From assembly GCA_035084275.1 (NCBI GenBank), contig CM068757.1, forward strand, positions 3,906,001 through 3,970,000: a stretch of 64,000 bases of DNA, given 5' to 3'. Every line of letters begins with the position of its first letter. The first letter of the stretch is position 1. The DNA comes from Hydrolagus colliei (Eukaryota). Shown here piece after piece: positions 50,321 to 64,000 of this stretch. The notes under the pieces are model-generated. The model was not told where the DNA came from. It searched no databases and saw only the letters and a program-made list of their open reading frames with translations. Made by a program: the position numbers and the translations under genes.

Positions 50321-50961
50321 TCACAATTTTGAACAAAAAGGATGCCATTGAAAGTTGAACGGTGATGAATGATGAGTGCTGCACTTGAAGAGAGTTATCT
50401 AATGCTAACTCTATATTGGAAAACCTCATTGAATGAAATAAGGGAGATAATAAATGAGCATAGCATTCTGCTTGTCACAGGCTCCATCAGGAATCTAGAT
50501 TTCGATCATTTTCACATAACGTCTTGGGATGGTAAACAAAAGCTATATTTACATCAGATGCACTCAATTCCTACAACTAAAATTGTCTATTGGAGCTCTT
50601 GACCATTAGGCCCCTGAAGGTAAATACCGTGATGAGTTTACATTGCCACATTTTTGTTTCAACACAGGAATGTGTAAACAAATCGCGGTGAAGACAGCTG
50701 TAAGTTTATTTCTACCTCGTTAGCACTGAGGATTCTTACCAAAAGCAAGTTAAATATGTTGAATTGTTGGAGTTGTATTGGATATTGTTATTTACTTAAC
50801 AGCCAGTTTGACCATGTAATTTTAACTGCTAAATTTGATTTTATTGCCCGTGATTTATCTAAGATACATTTTTATTTAGAACAACGGAATGGTACAATTG
50901 GTTGCAATGTAATTTTTTGGAAATTGTAACTTTAACATTTATTTAAAGTTTACTTTCAACA

Positions 50962-51090
50962 AATAACAACAATAACAAAATTACACATGTTTAGCGTCTT
51001 TCATGTCAGGAGGACGTCCCAAGACGCTGGACAGTCACTATTTCAGACCCAAGCTGGGGACAGGGGGGTGGGTGAGGGAAGGGTGGATTA
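50962..51090 (-). mobile_element. L2 3' tail
   Basis: aacaacaataacaaaattacac...gcgtctttcatgtcaggaggacgtcccaagacgctg. Confidence 0.7.
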
Positions 51091-54000
51091 TGAGATAAGA
51101 AACGCTGATAAGTAAAAAGTCACCAGAGTCAGATACCTGACTGACTTAAGAATTACATTTCAATTTCAAGACATGGAGCTTACTGATAAAGGATGGGGAA
51201 ATCATATCTTCAAACCTGGTACAGTAAATCGAAGGGTTTTGAAATGTTTTTGATATGTAACTTATAGCAGAAACTTCAGACCTTTGCCACAGAGAATGGT
51301 GGTACGCGTCTAGGTGAAATCCGTGAAGAGAACCCAAATAGCCTAAAGTAGTAATCAAAATCTCCTGTGATTGTGCACGTTTAACAAAGCCTCATGCAAT
51401 GCAAAAGGGTCTTCAGCCTTTTGGTCAGTGCTTGGCTTTGTTTTCAAAAGAATAGTTTGAAACCTCATCCTCTCTGATGCTTCCCTGAGAGAGCGTGGGA
51501 CTGTCCTAAAGTGTTGACAAGCAGGAGCTCCAGCTGTCAGTAACTTTACATCTTGCTCAAAAGGGACCTGTGCTTTTTTTTGCACTGGGGTCATACCCTT
51601 CTTTGTTAATAGAACTACTGGTTTCCATTTAACAGGGTCTGGTAAGAGACACTGCCATTTTTACTAAGCAAAAACATCTTGAAATAGAGCTTCTGATAAC
51701 TGATAACATTTCAAAGATTTTTGTTAAAAAAAACACAGCAGACCCTAAAGAAAACCAATTCCTTTGAAAATCATTGTGTTGAGATCTTATCAACTGAGCC
51801 AAGGTTGATTGTTCACTTAAATGTCATGCGCTGCGTTACAAAGATTTGTTTTTACAAATTGTAATATTGCTAGGAAAAGGCATCAGCAAAATGTATTTCA
51901 AGTGTATTGTTTAAAAATAGAACATTGTTAATATTAGTTATTAATATTTCTTCCTTGCTCCTATTACTTGTTGCTGTGTTTATACCATCAGTATAGATTC
52001 TACATTTTGATGTTCAACAATTCAATTGCTTTTCCCTTTTTGAAAAAAATCTTACCCTTCCTCAATGCTCAAGTCAGCTCATTGATATAATCAGTGGGAC
52101 GCAAAGTGATCTCAGCTTGTTTGCGCTTAATCTAGCCAGACCTCATATATTACAGACTGTGTTTTCCTTATTGATTCCAATGGCCACTTTGATGTCTTTT
52201 TTGTGCATTCATTCTTGATAACCACCTCTTTCCCTATTCCTCCACCCACCGCATTCAAATAGGATAACGTTAGGCCTGGCTCAGTTTTCTCTCCAAATAG
52301 TTATATTTGGCTGCACAAGGATAATGTGCTGTAATGTAAATAATTTGAGTTGATGATAGTTTTGCAGTTAGATCTGTATTTACAAGATAACTCATCAATC
52401 ACATGGGTCTTCAGACATTAGACTCAAATAAATTAGATATGAACAGTTAAAATAAACAGTTTAGTACAGTGTTTAATTCTGGACAGCAGCCATCAATCGC
52501 TGCAATTACAGAAATGACCTGTATCTGTCAAAACAGACATGTCATCAACAGAAATTGTGGTACAGTAGTAGTAGTGTGAAATATGCATGAAAATCATGTC
52601 TTACAGTTTTTTTTAATCTTTAAAGCCCAAGCTGAGAAACACTCTGAAAATAATTGAACTATTTGTGTGTGTGTGTGTGTGGCTTTTAGATTGTTCAGAA
52701 GTTTTAATTCTGGCTCTTCAATCCTGGGCTAATTGCTATTTTCTGACTAAATTCTACAATGCTGCACTCCTGGCTTATTTGGACAATTTAAGCAGCTCTT
52801 GGTTCTGATTTCAAATTAATGAATTACTTAATTAACCACAGTTGGTGTGATCTCAAGCAGCAGTTTGGATAGTAACAGTTGGGGGTGTGGGTGAGTCTTG
52901 TCAACAGTTGAGCGAGGCAATCACATAATTAACTTGGATATTTGATGCCTCCCGACGTGAAAGATGCTACACAAATGAAATTGTGTTGTTGTTAAAATAT
53001 GCCTTTAATCCAGGGAGTCCAAAAACATGACACTAAATTGTTTTGTGACCACTCACAATCCAATGCTTCAGTCTGCAACTCTGTCCACAAGGTTCAAACA
53101 AAGAAAACATAGCTTCTGAAACATTAAAATCCATTAAGATCCATTAGCAAGGCTTCAGTGCTTTGGGACATCCTCCCGACGTGGATGGCGCTCTACAGAT
53201 GTAATTTTGCTGTGTTATTAGGTGGTAAGCGGTTTTAAACAAATATATATTCAAAAAGAAAGTTCTGGACTTCTGATATATTGCCTATTAATTGCATATT
53301 GGGGTTTGATGCCAAAGAGATTTCCTTGGATTGTGTCCATTCCTTATCACTGGCATCAATGGATTTGGTTTATTTGGTTCTATTTTGCCTGAATCCATAT
53401 GATAGCGTAGAGCTGCAATTTTTGCTTTTGTTTTCAAAATAGCACTAATAGTGATCCGATAATCCAGTAACTGTGGGGATTTCAGCGATTGGCAATTGTC
53501 ACTTTCAGCATTTGATCAATTTGTGAACCATACTGAATGTTGCATTTCACGAGTAATTCAATATTTTGGAAACCTCATTGTTTAAGGGTGACGGAGAAAT
53601 ACAGCAAGACAGCAGACATCAATTTACCTGTTGTAACAGTTAAGCTTTTGGAAATTTTCCATAACTTTACAAACAGTCATTATAAATAAATGCAATTGGC
53701 ATCATTTGTCCATTCTGTCATTCGTTGCCTGAAGCAGATTTTAACTGAACAGTGGATTAATTTTTTTTCTTCCTTGTAATTTAATCTGGCGCCAGTACAA
53801 TTCAGTAAAATAATATTTACAAACATATCTGTTGCTAACTCCTATTGCTTTCAACACCATCTCATTCCTCCCAATTTTGTTATAAATATTAACAGTATTA
53901 GTACTTAAAGGTTTGCGTTGGCATGAGTTACTGTTTAGTGCTCTTTGGTTTATTTGTGTTCATTTTTTTTCCAAGCTGCTTTCATATTGCTTCCCTGTAA

Positions 54001-56914
54001 TATTATTAGTAGAAAATGTGTTACAATACAATGATTTTTTTACGAATAAGTCAAAGTGTGAATCAAGTTTTTAATAAGTTTCAACATTTATTTGAAACAG
54101 TTTAGAGACTGCAACTTGCATACTGATTCACAGAGTAGGATCAATAGTTTTAAGGTCAGATACTATTTTATTGAGTTGAATGTTATCTGGAAGGAGGTAG
54201 AGAGGTGCAGGTTTAAACCTTAGAAACTTTATTATCTGCAGGTGGTCTCTGTTGTTCAGTAACAGCCAATTGTTGCTGAATTGTGCTTCATTTTGTGTTG
54301 TGTACTCATCGCTCTTTCTGTTTTTGCTGGCTTTTGAAAGGACAACTTTGTTTAGATATTGTTTTACATTTATTAATGTAGAAGCAGCAAGACAAAATCC
54401 TGACCCTGAATAATCTTTGTTGTTGCACAATATTAAATGGCATTAATAGGACATTGCATTTTCTTTTACCACTCCACATTTTACTTTACCTCTCTTTGTC
54501 CCTCTCTCGCTCTCTCTCTTGAAGAGCACTATCTTCAGTAATATCTGGTCTGTATGGCACGCAGCTATACTGGACAGTATATTTTCCCTCAAGGCTATCG
54601 GAGGACTTGTATTTCGGTAACATGCTTATTCATAGTACGTTTAGCCACAGCATTCCAGTTTAAATAAAACTATAGTATTTTGCTACAGTCCACCCTTGTG
54701 TATTGTATTCACGTCTCTGCCAAATAGTGTTTTCCAACCTAGAAATGATAGTCATGAAATCCACACTAATTGGTTTAGTGTATGATCACCGAGGACACAA
54801 AACTCCCCATTAATTCAATCAGACTTGAGTATTGTTTTACAGACTCCCAACAATTTTGGTATATTACTGCCAGGGCCAACGGAAAAGTGGTGGCGGCAAT
54901 TTTTCCTCAGTATCTGCTGTAAATAGATATTGGCTCAGATTTTCGCCCATTTACGAATGTTTGCTGCAGCTGAAATAACTTGCCTCTGTTTTTCTGGTAT
55001 CACTATCAGATTATGGGGCCTTGTGGATCTCCAGACTTATTGTTTTCCAATTAAGAAACTTCTAATAGCCATTTACATGGTGGCTGTTTTCTTTAACTTC
55101 ATCTACTCCCCTCGCTCCCAATTACTGTTTGTTTTATTGCATGTAAAGTGCTTCTAAGCTTACCCAGTAAAGTCTGCAAAACTGTATTTTCTACATTCCT
55201 TCCTGCTTATGGGTAGCCTTCTGGGTGAGCTCAATCTCTAAAATTTAAGATGAGTCAGGAACATTAAGTAATTTTTAATCTATAATGGAATTTTTATTAC
55301 TGGACTGTCCATTTTTAATGTTAAGAATTTACATGATTATTCTCTTTTAATACTGTTGGAGAGATGAGATTTACATTTCATTGGTCTGAGTTGGAATTGA
55401 ACAGATATTTCAAAGCTTAACCTTCTAAACCTTCATATTTATGTGGTTAGGTAAAGTTCTTTGGTCTTAATGCCTTTCTACACATTTATTATTTAACTGT
55501 ATAGAGCACTTTAGGATAAGTAATGCATCATTGAATATTTCTAAGACTGATCCCAAATCTTGTACATCTCATCAAAATGAATCTGCTTAGTAAGGTAGTC
55601 CTACTTCAATAGAAGCAAATATCAAACACTTTTAATACTGTAAAAAAACATGCCTACTGGGTTTGATGAAATTAGAGTTTTAAAATTTGTCTGAGGACCA
55701 TTCTTGGGTTTAAAAATTGCTTTTTATTCCACCACATCTCACCTATGTTGGACACTAGGAGGGCACTAAGTTTTGATCAATTTAATTGTGTTGGCTTCCA
55801 GGTCAATGTACATGTTTTAGGTTTCATGATTTGGGAATATGTACTGTGTGATTTATGTATTTACTTTGATCATGTGTAAAAGGTAACGTTGTTATGAAGG
55901 GCATGCTTGGAGGTAGTTTCATTAAATGAACTGCTTCTACTGACTTCCACAAGCAATTACAACTTATGTTCTGTAGTGCTTTCACATTTGTGTCACTGAA
56001 AAGCAAAGATTATCATCATTACTGGTGTCAAAACACCTTGCTGTTATAAAGCTGCAGTACTGCTTTTGTCTGTTAGAGGGAGCTTTACTTACTAATAGAA
56101 GATGATATGATTTCCCCTATACAATAAACACTATATCAATAATCCACAAATACCTAAGTTATTAGTAGTATAAGAACAACATAGGACATTCGTGCTTTCT
56201 TTCTATAGATAAAAGGAATTATGTAGAAAAACTTTTGATTTGTGGATTTGAACTACTTGTATACATATTCAATAGACATAGAAATCCATACAGCACGAGT
56301 TGCGAAAATTCTTTCCTTATGCCTCCACGCGGAGGAGAGCAACTATAGTTCAGGATTGAAAAGAGTTAATGTTTGTGTTGGGGTGGGGGGAGAGTCAAAC
56401 AAGTTCATAAGTTCACTTGGTGATAGAATCACTCTTGTTTGAGATTGTGATTAATTAGGTCCAGGCGGCTTATGTTTTTTTGGCCTCTTGAGAACCGTAT
56501 GCAAGCTAATTTAGCACAATCTTTAACAGAGAATCCATTCTTCAGTCAAATACAGATGAATGTAACATACAGTAGAAGGCAGTGAGTGGTTTAGCTAATC
56601 AATTAATCTACCTGAAACCTATATATTTTTCTTTGCTGTAAATTTATGTACATGTTCTTGCAGTGGTGTAGGAAGATTGCCATGAAGACGTCGATGTTAA
56701 AACTGATCCTGATCAACAACAACTGGTGTTTATATAGCGCCCCTCATGCAGGATAGCGTCCCCCAGCACTTCAGATTTTTTTTAAATCATCTAAAATTTA
56801 TGTTGAATTCTATCACTGTTCCTTGATAGTTTTTTTACTACCTTTCTCAAGCAGCTGTTGATGTTCGAGTCTAGACAGCTGGTGTCTAGAGAATATTCCA
56901 TGTGGAAAACATGT

Positions 56915-57270
56915 TAGCAAGAGAATCGAGGGCGAAAGGCCATACTCTTAAACTTGAGGCTAAACCATTCAAAAGTAAAATAAGGACACCTTTTTCTCCA
57001 CACAAAGGGTGGTATGAGTGTGGAATTCACTCCTGCAGAGGACAGTGGAGGCAGAGTCAATTGAAAAATTTAAAAGGCAAATGCTATTTGCCTTTTAACT
57101 TTATTTTCAATAGAATTGAAAGGCAAATACTTGATGGACAGGCTTGTCAAGGAATGTGGAGAGAGAGAGCGGCGAGGTGGAATTGAGTTGCGATTCAGCC
57201 ACGGTCTTGGAAAATGGTAGGAAAGGTTTGATGGGCTAAATGACCTTCGCCTGTTCTGATGTTTCTATTA
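56915..57270 (+). mobile_element. CR1-clade LINE ORF2 C-terminus plus 3' UTR
   Basis: SRAKGHTLKL..PFKSKIR then, in another frame, RVV..WNSL; 3' UTR gatgggctaaatgaccttcgcctgttctgatgtttctat. Confidence 0.75.
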
Positions 57271-60200
57271 CAGCTGAGCTCGATCCTACTTTCCATTGAC
57301 ATCCACCAGAGCACTTTCCATGTCATCTTTTATTTGATCAGTCTCTTGTGAATTAGACGAACCAATAGATTTCTGTGAACTATAAGGTGCATCAATTTTT
57401 TTTAATGGCAATTTATTCCACCTGAAGCTCCAGACCATCCTTTGTGAGTTTCTCCATATCCTAGAAAATGTGTCCTCAATGAACTGCCAGAGTTCATGAT
57501 AATAATTGGGCTGGGAACAGATACATTTATCATCTGAGAAGAAATTCAGGATGGAGTGCGTGGGTAGCTGGTCTTCCAATGTATACAAGTGATACAATAC
57601 GCGGTTGGCAAACTTAAGGCCCTCTGATTTCCTATGGGAGCGTCAGGTTTCAAATACTGAGTGTTTTTTTTTCTCCTTAACTCTAAATAGAGTATTCTGA
57701 ATCTTACTTAAGTCTGGAATTTTAAACCGAACCATATTTAATGTGTAACCGAACCCAGGGCTATCATTTTTTGTATGGTTTTATATGATATAGGGGTTCT
57801 TAAAGTAGGTAAGATTGAATGTTAAACATAATCCTTTTCATGAGGTTTGGATGGAATATGTGATACAATTTAAGCAATCAAATAACTTATTTCCACAAAA
57901 CACATGATACGTTCTAAGCACTTCACTCGTTTGTGCATGATGTGAGACATGATGATTCTACAGGTTTGTTCCTTACACAACATTACAATTTCAAAACCGA
58001 TTTTTTGTTTTTTTTTAAAAGAAAAATACACATTCTCAATGTGGCGGAGTGAGCCCGCTTCATTGTGTTGGTATTGAAAACCTTTCTAAGGTGCACAGTC
58101 TCTTATCCCTCATAACAGAGGCGAGGCCTACACAGTCCTCCTTCTAATAACTTGTCTGAATCTGAGGGCAGAGTCTCTGCTTGTCTCCCAGACTGAATGT
58201 CGTGCCACGTGAATAAGGCAATTTTTATAAAGCGCCTTTGGGGCACCGACAGATGAAATTCAATCAGCAACAAACTTCCTCGACTGGTCTGAGTGTATTA
58301 CTTTAAATGAATGCATTTGCTTAGCAGATCCAAATCAAAATCCAATCCTGTATTTGTATTGCTGGGGGGAGGGGGGGAAGCTAATAGTTCACAACAACAA
58401 CTTGCACTTATCTAGTGAAGGGTAGCATCTCAGAATGCTTATGTTTAATGTAAGTTTAAATTACAGCTTGGGGGGAGCACATAGTCTGAAAATCACTGCT
58501 GCTGAAACCACCTCTTTCAGGTGATGGCAGGATAAGAATTCCAATTGCATTTGCACAAACCTAATGCTGATTAATACTCTACATTTCAAAGCAAATTGCA
58601 ATGATTTACCACACACTGTAAAGTGTAACTTCAGTATTAAAAATTTGGAGCTTGGTAATTTTACAAAGTGAAGTTGTAGGTTGGTTTAGTGTAATTTCCT
58701 TTATACCCGAACACATGCTGAAGTTTCATACTGTATATAATTAGGCTTCTACCAGTGAATAAGCATATTTGATAAAAGTGCTTAATTGATTTCCTTCTGG
58801 GGTGTTTCTTTAGTAATAATTCTTAAATACTGAATGTTAAGAATTTTCCATCTAGCTGATAAGGTCTGCCACAGGACTCACTGCTTTCCCTATCCTGTTC
58901 CTAGTTTTATGTTATATAAAAAAGAGTGTAATTTTAAATGATCATCGATCGCATGTACTCTCAGCTCATCAAGGTGAAGAACATTAGTGTCTGAGACTGG
59001 AAACGGTGAGAATATGAAGTCCACCCAGGCCACAAATAATAACACGGTCAAATTGAGGGTAAATCTCCGGTTAGTGATTTTAATGATGTGGCTTGTTCCT
59101 CAACTTCTAGAGATACCTGCTGTGTCACTAATGTGATTGTTTTTCCCCCACTCCCCGTACCAAAAATCTTTAAGGACTCTCCAAATCAAATCCTATTTCT
59201 GCTAGATAGGAGGAGGTTCTGTGCTGTGGTCTTCCATTCACTAGAAACAGAGCACAGATGTTCTTGCTTGGGTTCTTTCGAAGAGGTGAACTTATGCTTA
59301 ACCTGCTGTGCGACCCTGCCTCACTTTTGGTTCTATAGTTAGCATCAGTGGAACATCATGGGTAACCTCACAAATAGGGGGCGAGAAACTCTGAAGCTCT
59401 TCATCTTCCCCGAGTAAATATTTCTGGTTCTATTTCAAGTTGGGTCCGTCTTTCATCCCGCCCATAGACTCCATCTTTCACCTTCTTCTGTCTGGTCTCC
59501 ATTTTGTCTGGACCTTTGTCGTCTGAAATATTGTTAGAGAGCTTATGCTTCAGAAGGCGAATGTCATTTTCATCAGAATCCAATAAAGTCCTGCCATTGG
59601 CATGACAAAATACTGCTACTGACTGTAGCTTGAGGATCGTCTAGACTTGGGAAATAGGCACTAAGATTGCTGCAGGTTCAGGCGCGTGGTTTTTTATACA
59701 GAGATAACTTGCTATTCCTGGGGATATGTGCTACTGCAAGACGTTTTGCTGGCTTGTTGGTTACTACTACTCTACTCCTTTTGTGTTTCGTGGGAGTATC
59801 TTGTGTTTTCCACACCTAGAGCTACTTTATTGGTGTGTAGCCATGCTTCAGTCATTTATTTTTTGTTGCTGCTCCCAGACGGAATGAATTGCCGTGTAAT
59901 GAACAAGGGAAACTGAGCACATATGGCAGACGCTCAATTTCAAAAGTGTCACTCGGCTGCTATGAAACACAAGTAATTCTTTCATACCAGACTAAACAAG
60001 AATTACATAGATCTGCTAGCAGCTAAATCAACAATGACTGAATTGTCAAGTGTGTATCTTTCACATCAAGCAAAAAAAAATCACAGCAACATATTCCCAA
60101 ATTATTAACGTAAGTGCCACTACTGAGTAATCCACCTGTTGCTGTAGGATAATATATTTACATTTTGATAACTTGGGTTAATTGTTTGCTTTCTCCGAGC

Positions 60201-60656
60201 ACTGCTTCACAGATTATTTTCAGAATCGATAGCCCAAGTTGCCTAAGGTGGATCAAAACTTGCGTGAATATATTTAGATTGAATCTCCTCACCAGTCTCC
60301 TCTGCTTGGCTCACACGTTTTCACACTTATCCTGATCCAATGCCTCACGAGAGCTCAAGGAAAATTACAACTTGTATTCATATAGCACCCTTTGTGTGGG
60401 GCAAAGTGATGTGTTGGGGTGGGGGCAGTTAAGGGATATTCATAAATGTTGTAAATCAGACAATAAATGATGGAAATCAACATTGTGTCAGCTCCTCTTA
60501 ACGTCAGACTTTGCCATACATGCTCAGCCACAGTTACTCAATAACTGGTGCAGAGCAAGAGTCCTAATCTATTGGCATATTTCCCCTGGTTGGACTGTAA
60601 CATTTATTGTTTGTGTAATTCTCTTACTTCTAGTGGTGATAATTCTTCCGTTGACT

Positions 60657-60752
60657 ATCTCTCTCTCTCTCTCTCTCTCTTTCACACACACACACGCTCT
60701 CTCTTACACACTGCCACCTCCCCCCTTCTCCGCGCACACTCACACACACAGA
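60657..60752. repeat. (CT)n/(CA)n compound microsatellite
   Basis: Visible dinucleotide runs. Confidence 0.85.
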
Positions 60753-61399
60753 CATGCACCAAAAAAAACAACCCTCTCTCCCCTTTATCTTGATTGCCAA
60801 AATTTATACCTCGTCTGAGAGTGTCACAATGTTTAGTCAACTCTTGGCAACACCAAGCTCAATCGATTAATACAGAGTTTGGGTTGTGTTTCAACAGAAG
60901 ATAGAGGTGTAGCTGTGCAGATTTGTTTGCTTTATAGAGAGCTGCCTATACTGCAGCCATCCTGTTGCTCTTGTTTCTGTGATTTTGAGCTATGACTGCA
61001 CACAGACTGAAGTCTTTGACACTTTGAAGGTGGGCGTCTAATCTACCAAACGAATGAAGGTGATTAATAACGACAAGCAAACAAAGAATTGGCTGTGGGA
61101 CAAAAATGTTAATTGAAGGTTAGGTTCCAGCATTTCGAATCTTTAGCGCATTGCACAATAAACAATTAACATTTACAGCCAGCAAACAGGCTGAAACCAA
61201 CAAATAAAGCCCTTACCCAAAAGGAATTTGAGTTCAATGTCCACATAAAATTATCACCACTGCTAGCTCCATTTGCCTTATCGTTAATTAAGATTGCGAA
61301 TGAGCTAAACGAGAGCACCTTGGAAAAGTTCAACACACAACCTTTTCAGAAACGCAGAAAGGCCAACAAAACCCTTCCTTTTTGACTGGTGTGACCTCA

Positions 61400-61650
61400 A
61401 CTTGCGTATTGTCTCACCGTATCCTGTAATCCTTTTTTCCTTTCCGGAACCCTATCTATTCGTCTCTTGAGGCCCACTCACGCAGTTCAATTCACTGACC
61501 TTCTTTGCCAACCGGATCTACAAGTCTAGGCAAAAACTCTTCGTCCAATTACCATTTGCATTCAATTTTCAAGCCGTCTCCTGCTACCTGAAACCTTAGT
61601 CACAGGAAAGAATTTGCTGGGATCGACGATACCGATCCCCTTCGTAATTG
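61400..61650 (-). mobile_element. Highly degraded CR1-like 3' fragment
   Basis: cctatctattcgtctcttga...ccggatctacaagtctaggcaaaaactcttcgtccaatt resembles antisense CR1 ORF2 end. Confidence 0.4.
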
Positions 61651-63155
61651 TGACATTCCACATTTCATTTCAAAAATCGACTTGTCTCGTGCGTGCCGCC
61701 AAAAAGCCATTTCAAATGCTATCAAACTGGCAAGTCATGGAGGCAATTACCACATGATACAACTTGCACAGCTTTTTGCTGGTAACTCCGCACAGTCGAG
61801 CACTGGATTCTGAGGAATAATAATGACAAGCTTTGCATGTGTTATAGCACCCTATCGTGTCTTAGCGACACTTCAAAACGCCTCACGGAATATAATATAA
61901 TGTAACGTGAATTTCACAGAATATACATACTGTAAAGTGAATTGACTGAATATTTTTGTGGGCAAAATATTATTGATTCCTGTTCCTGTAGAAATCCAGT
62001 CACTTTACCGAAGGCAGACCACAATGTCCCTCAGTCATGATGTGAATGACCCATTTTATCTGGGTGGGGGGGATCCAGAACCTTAATCATTCTGTCACAA
62101 AAAATAATATGGCAGCATTTTTGGGTTACCGATTTAATTGTGGCTTTGTTGGTGTCTGTGTGGCCTTCAGCGGCAAAGTAAATATTCTCAGTTGTCAAAT
62201 TATCAGAGGGACTAGCAGCGATCTGATTAACTGTAAGGACCCCCTCTGTTTGACTGGGTGAGCTCTGGTAGTTGGTATACACAACACACACACACATGCC
62301 AAACAGCTGCACGCCAACAATTCTCAGGGGCACTGTCTAATTTGTTGAATTACAGGGCTTGTGCTTGGCAATAAGAAAGGCCTGTTACAGCAGCTCATGT
62401 TGAAAATTGCACTCCTGATGCCTTCCACATGCTGTTGTTTTTGCTTCAGTCCGTGCGGCGGCTGTTTAATTGAACTTCCATCCGGTCACCGAAGGAAGCC
62501 AAAATCCTGAGCTGAAAGGACCTACCTGCATTTACCTGATTAGTTTATTTTCATTGGGACTTTCTGACTTGAGTGTCACCAGTGTGACTGGACCACAATA
62601 GCAGGAAAGAAGACAGGTTCCTTCCTCCCAGTCGCTCGCCAGCAGTTGAGTTTGGAGAGATCGCAGCCAGTATATTCACTCGGTTGATATACTCTTATAG
62701 CACTGCCTGCCTACCTAAATGTTGAATTTAGATCCATGTTTAAGCTTTAGTGATGAAATAATAAGGGAGTTTGAACATGAGTCACTTGCCTAAATTACCT
62801 TTACCCTGCAATTACTTTGAATTGCAACCAGCATTTTGATGTTGGTTTTGCATTATGGTAATTCGTGGCTGCAATGATCATAAAATCTGCTTCTTTTGGG
62901 ATTCTTTCATGAAAAATCTGGATATTGTTTAGTACAAATGGAAGTATTCTGCAGAGTTTAATCAAAAATAAATGTTTGAGACAGAAAAACAGGTTATCAC
63001 AGTTTGAACAGCCAGATGGCAAGCTGTGCCCTAACCCAACGCATACAATAAACTTTGCATTTTATATACCCCGGTTTATGTTGGGAGGATGTCTCAAAAC
63101 AATACTCAGGATTTACTGTGAAGTGTAGTGACTGGGTATTTTGTAGGTGAACATC

Positions 63156-63455
63156 ATAGTAATCCTTGCATTTGGTATAGTGCTTTTTACATCTTCTCAA
63201 AGCACTTCACAGAATATACTCTAAAGTGAATTGACTGTATGTTCGTGGGTGAAATGCGGCAGCCAATTAGGTACAGCGATGTCCCACAAACCGTCGTGGA
63301 TTAAAATGACCAATTTATTATCGTGGTTTTTTTTCTTGAGGAATTATTATCAAGTGTGTGGAGTAAGGAAACTTGCCCAAGGTTTCGCCCTGTTTGGAAT
63401 TGAACCCAGGTCTCTTGCTTGTAAGGCAAGCACTCTAACCACTGAGTTACAGTGC
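63156..63455 (-). mobile_element. tRNA-derived SINE, full length, next to an older tail fragment (about 63050-63150)
   Basis: Reverse complement matches the 31567 copy; minus head tgtaactcagtggttagagtgcttgccttacaagcaagagacctgggttcaattcc. Confidence 0.9.
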
Positions 63456-64000
63456 CGCACAACAAATAAGTTTAATGAACTTGCCTCAATACTCGGCAAA
63501 CGACCATTAGACAATTTAACATACATGGAGCCAACGTGTATCAAGCATTGACTGATTTTTTATCCTTTGGCTTTTTCTCATCTGAAAATGGTTGTAGGAA
63601 CCATTGTTAGTCTGCAGGAAAGCAACTTCTCCTTCACTTTAACTGCTTAAAACCTAAATTCTTTGCCTCCTCAACACATTGCAATAGTACAAACGTGAGG
63701 AAACCAAGAACTTGCTTTCTAACCCATGACATTTTCTATTGCTCAATCTGTCATTTGGGGGTATGACAATTAAATTAATCACAGGAAGGCACCAGCAGAA
63801 ATAATAAACATTTTGACAGTAATGCCTCCAAGTTTCATTCACATGTATCAATTAAAGTCTTGAGTGTTCTGAGAGCTTTCTGGGATCTTTCAATGGTGGC
63901 AACTAATACTTAAGCAAATATTTCTGTCAATTCATTGTATGTCCTGTGGCATTTTGTCTTTTTTTTTCGTGTAAGATGACCCTTAGCTGGAATTAAATCA

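Noticed and set aside
48500-64000. Further genes (e.g. BBOX1 or FIBIN expected by synteny)
   Set aside because: No recognisable exons on either strand; short ORFs map to repeats or look random
1-64000. CRISPR arrays, operons, rRNA or other prokaryotic systems
   Set aside because: Vertebrate intron-exon DNA; no regularly spaced direct repeats or rRNA-like sequence

Overview
Vertebrate genomic DNA, most likely from a cartilaginous fish (inferred from the repeat landscape: DeuSINE-type tRNA SINEs, L2/CR1 3' ends, Penelope-type palindromes). It holds two spliced genes on the + strand, in the same tandem order as human 11p14. LGR4 (R-spondin receptor, LRR-GPCR) is present from exon 3 to the terminal 7TM exon (4283-35159); exons 1-2 lie upstream of the window. 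CCDC34 is complete, with a CpG-rich promoter at about 40.5-40.8 kb and 7 coding exons at 41975-48158 (439 aa by my exon join). Most notable observations: (1) LGR4 exon 10 is present only as a decayed relic (stop codon plus indels) while all other exons are intact, implying in-frame loss of one LRR; (2) the CCDC34 N-terminal motif is duplicated in an extra symmetric exon; (3) CCDC34 has a GC-AG intron, a spliced uORF and RFX-like X-boxes; (4) two Penelope-type palindromes carry degenerate minimal hammerhead-ribozyme cores; (5) a fossil Harbinger transposase lies in LGR4 intron 7. The 48.5-64 kb region is non-coding and repeat-containing, with no gene I can support. All homology calls come from recalled protein/repeat sequences, not from searches. 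Exon numbering follows human LGR4.
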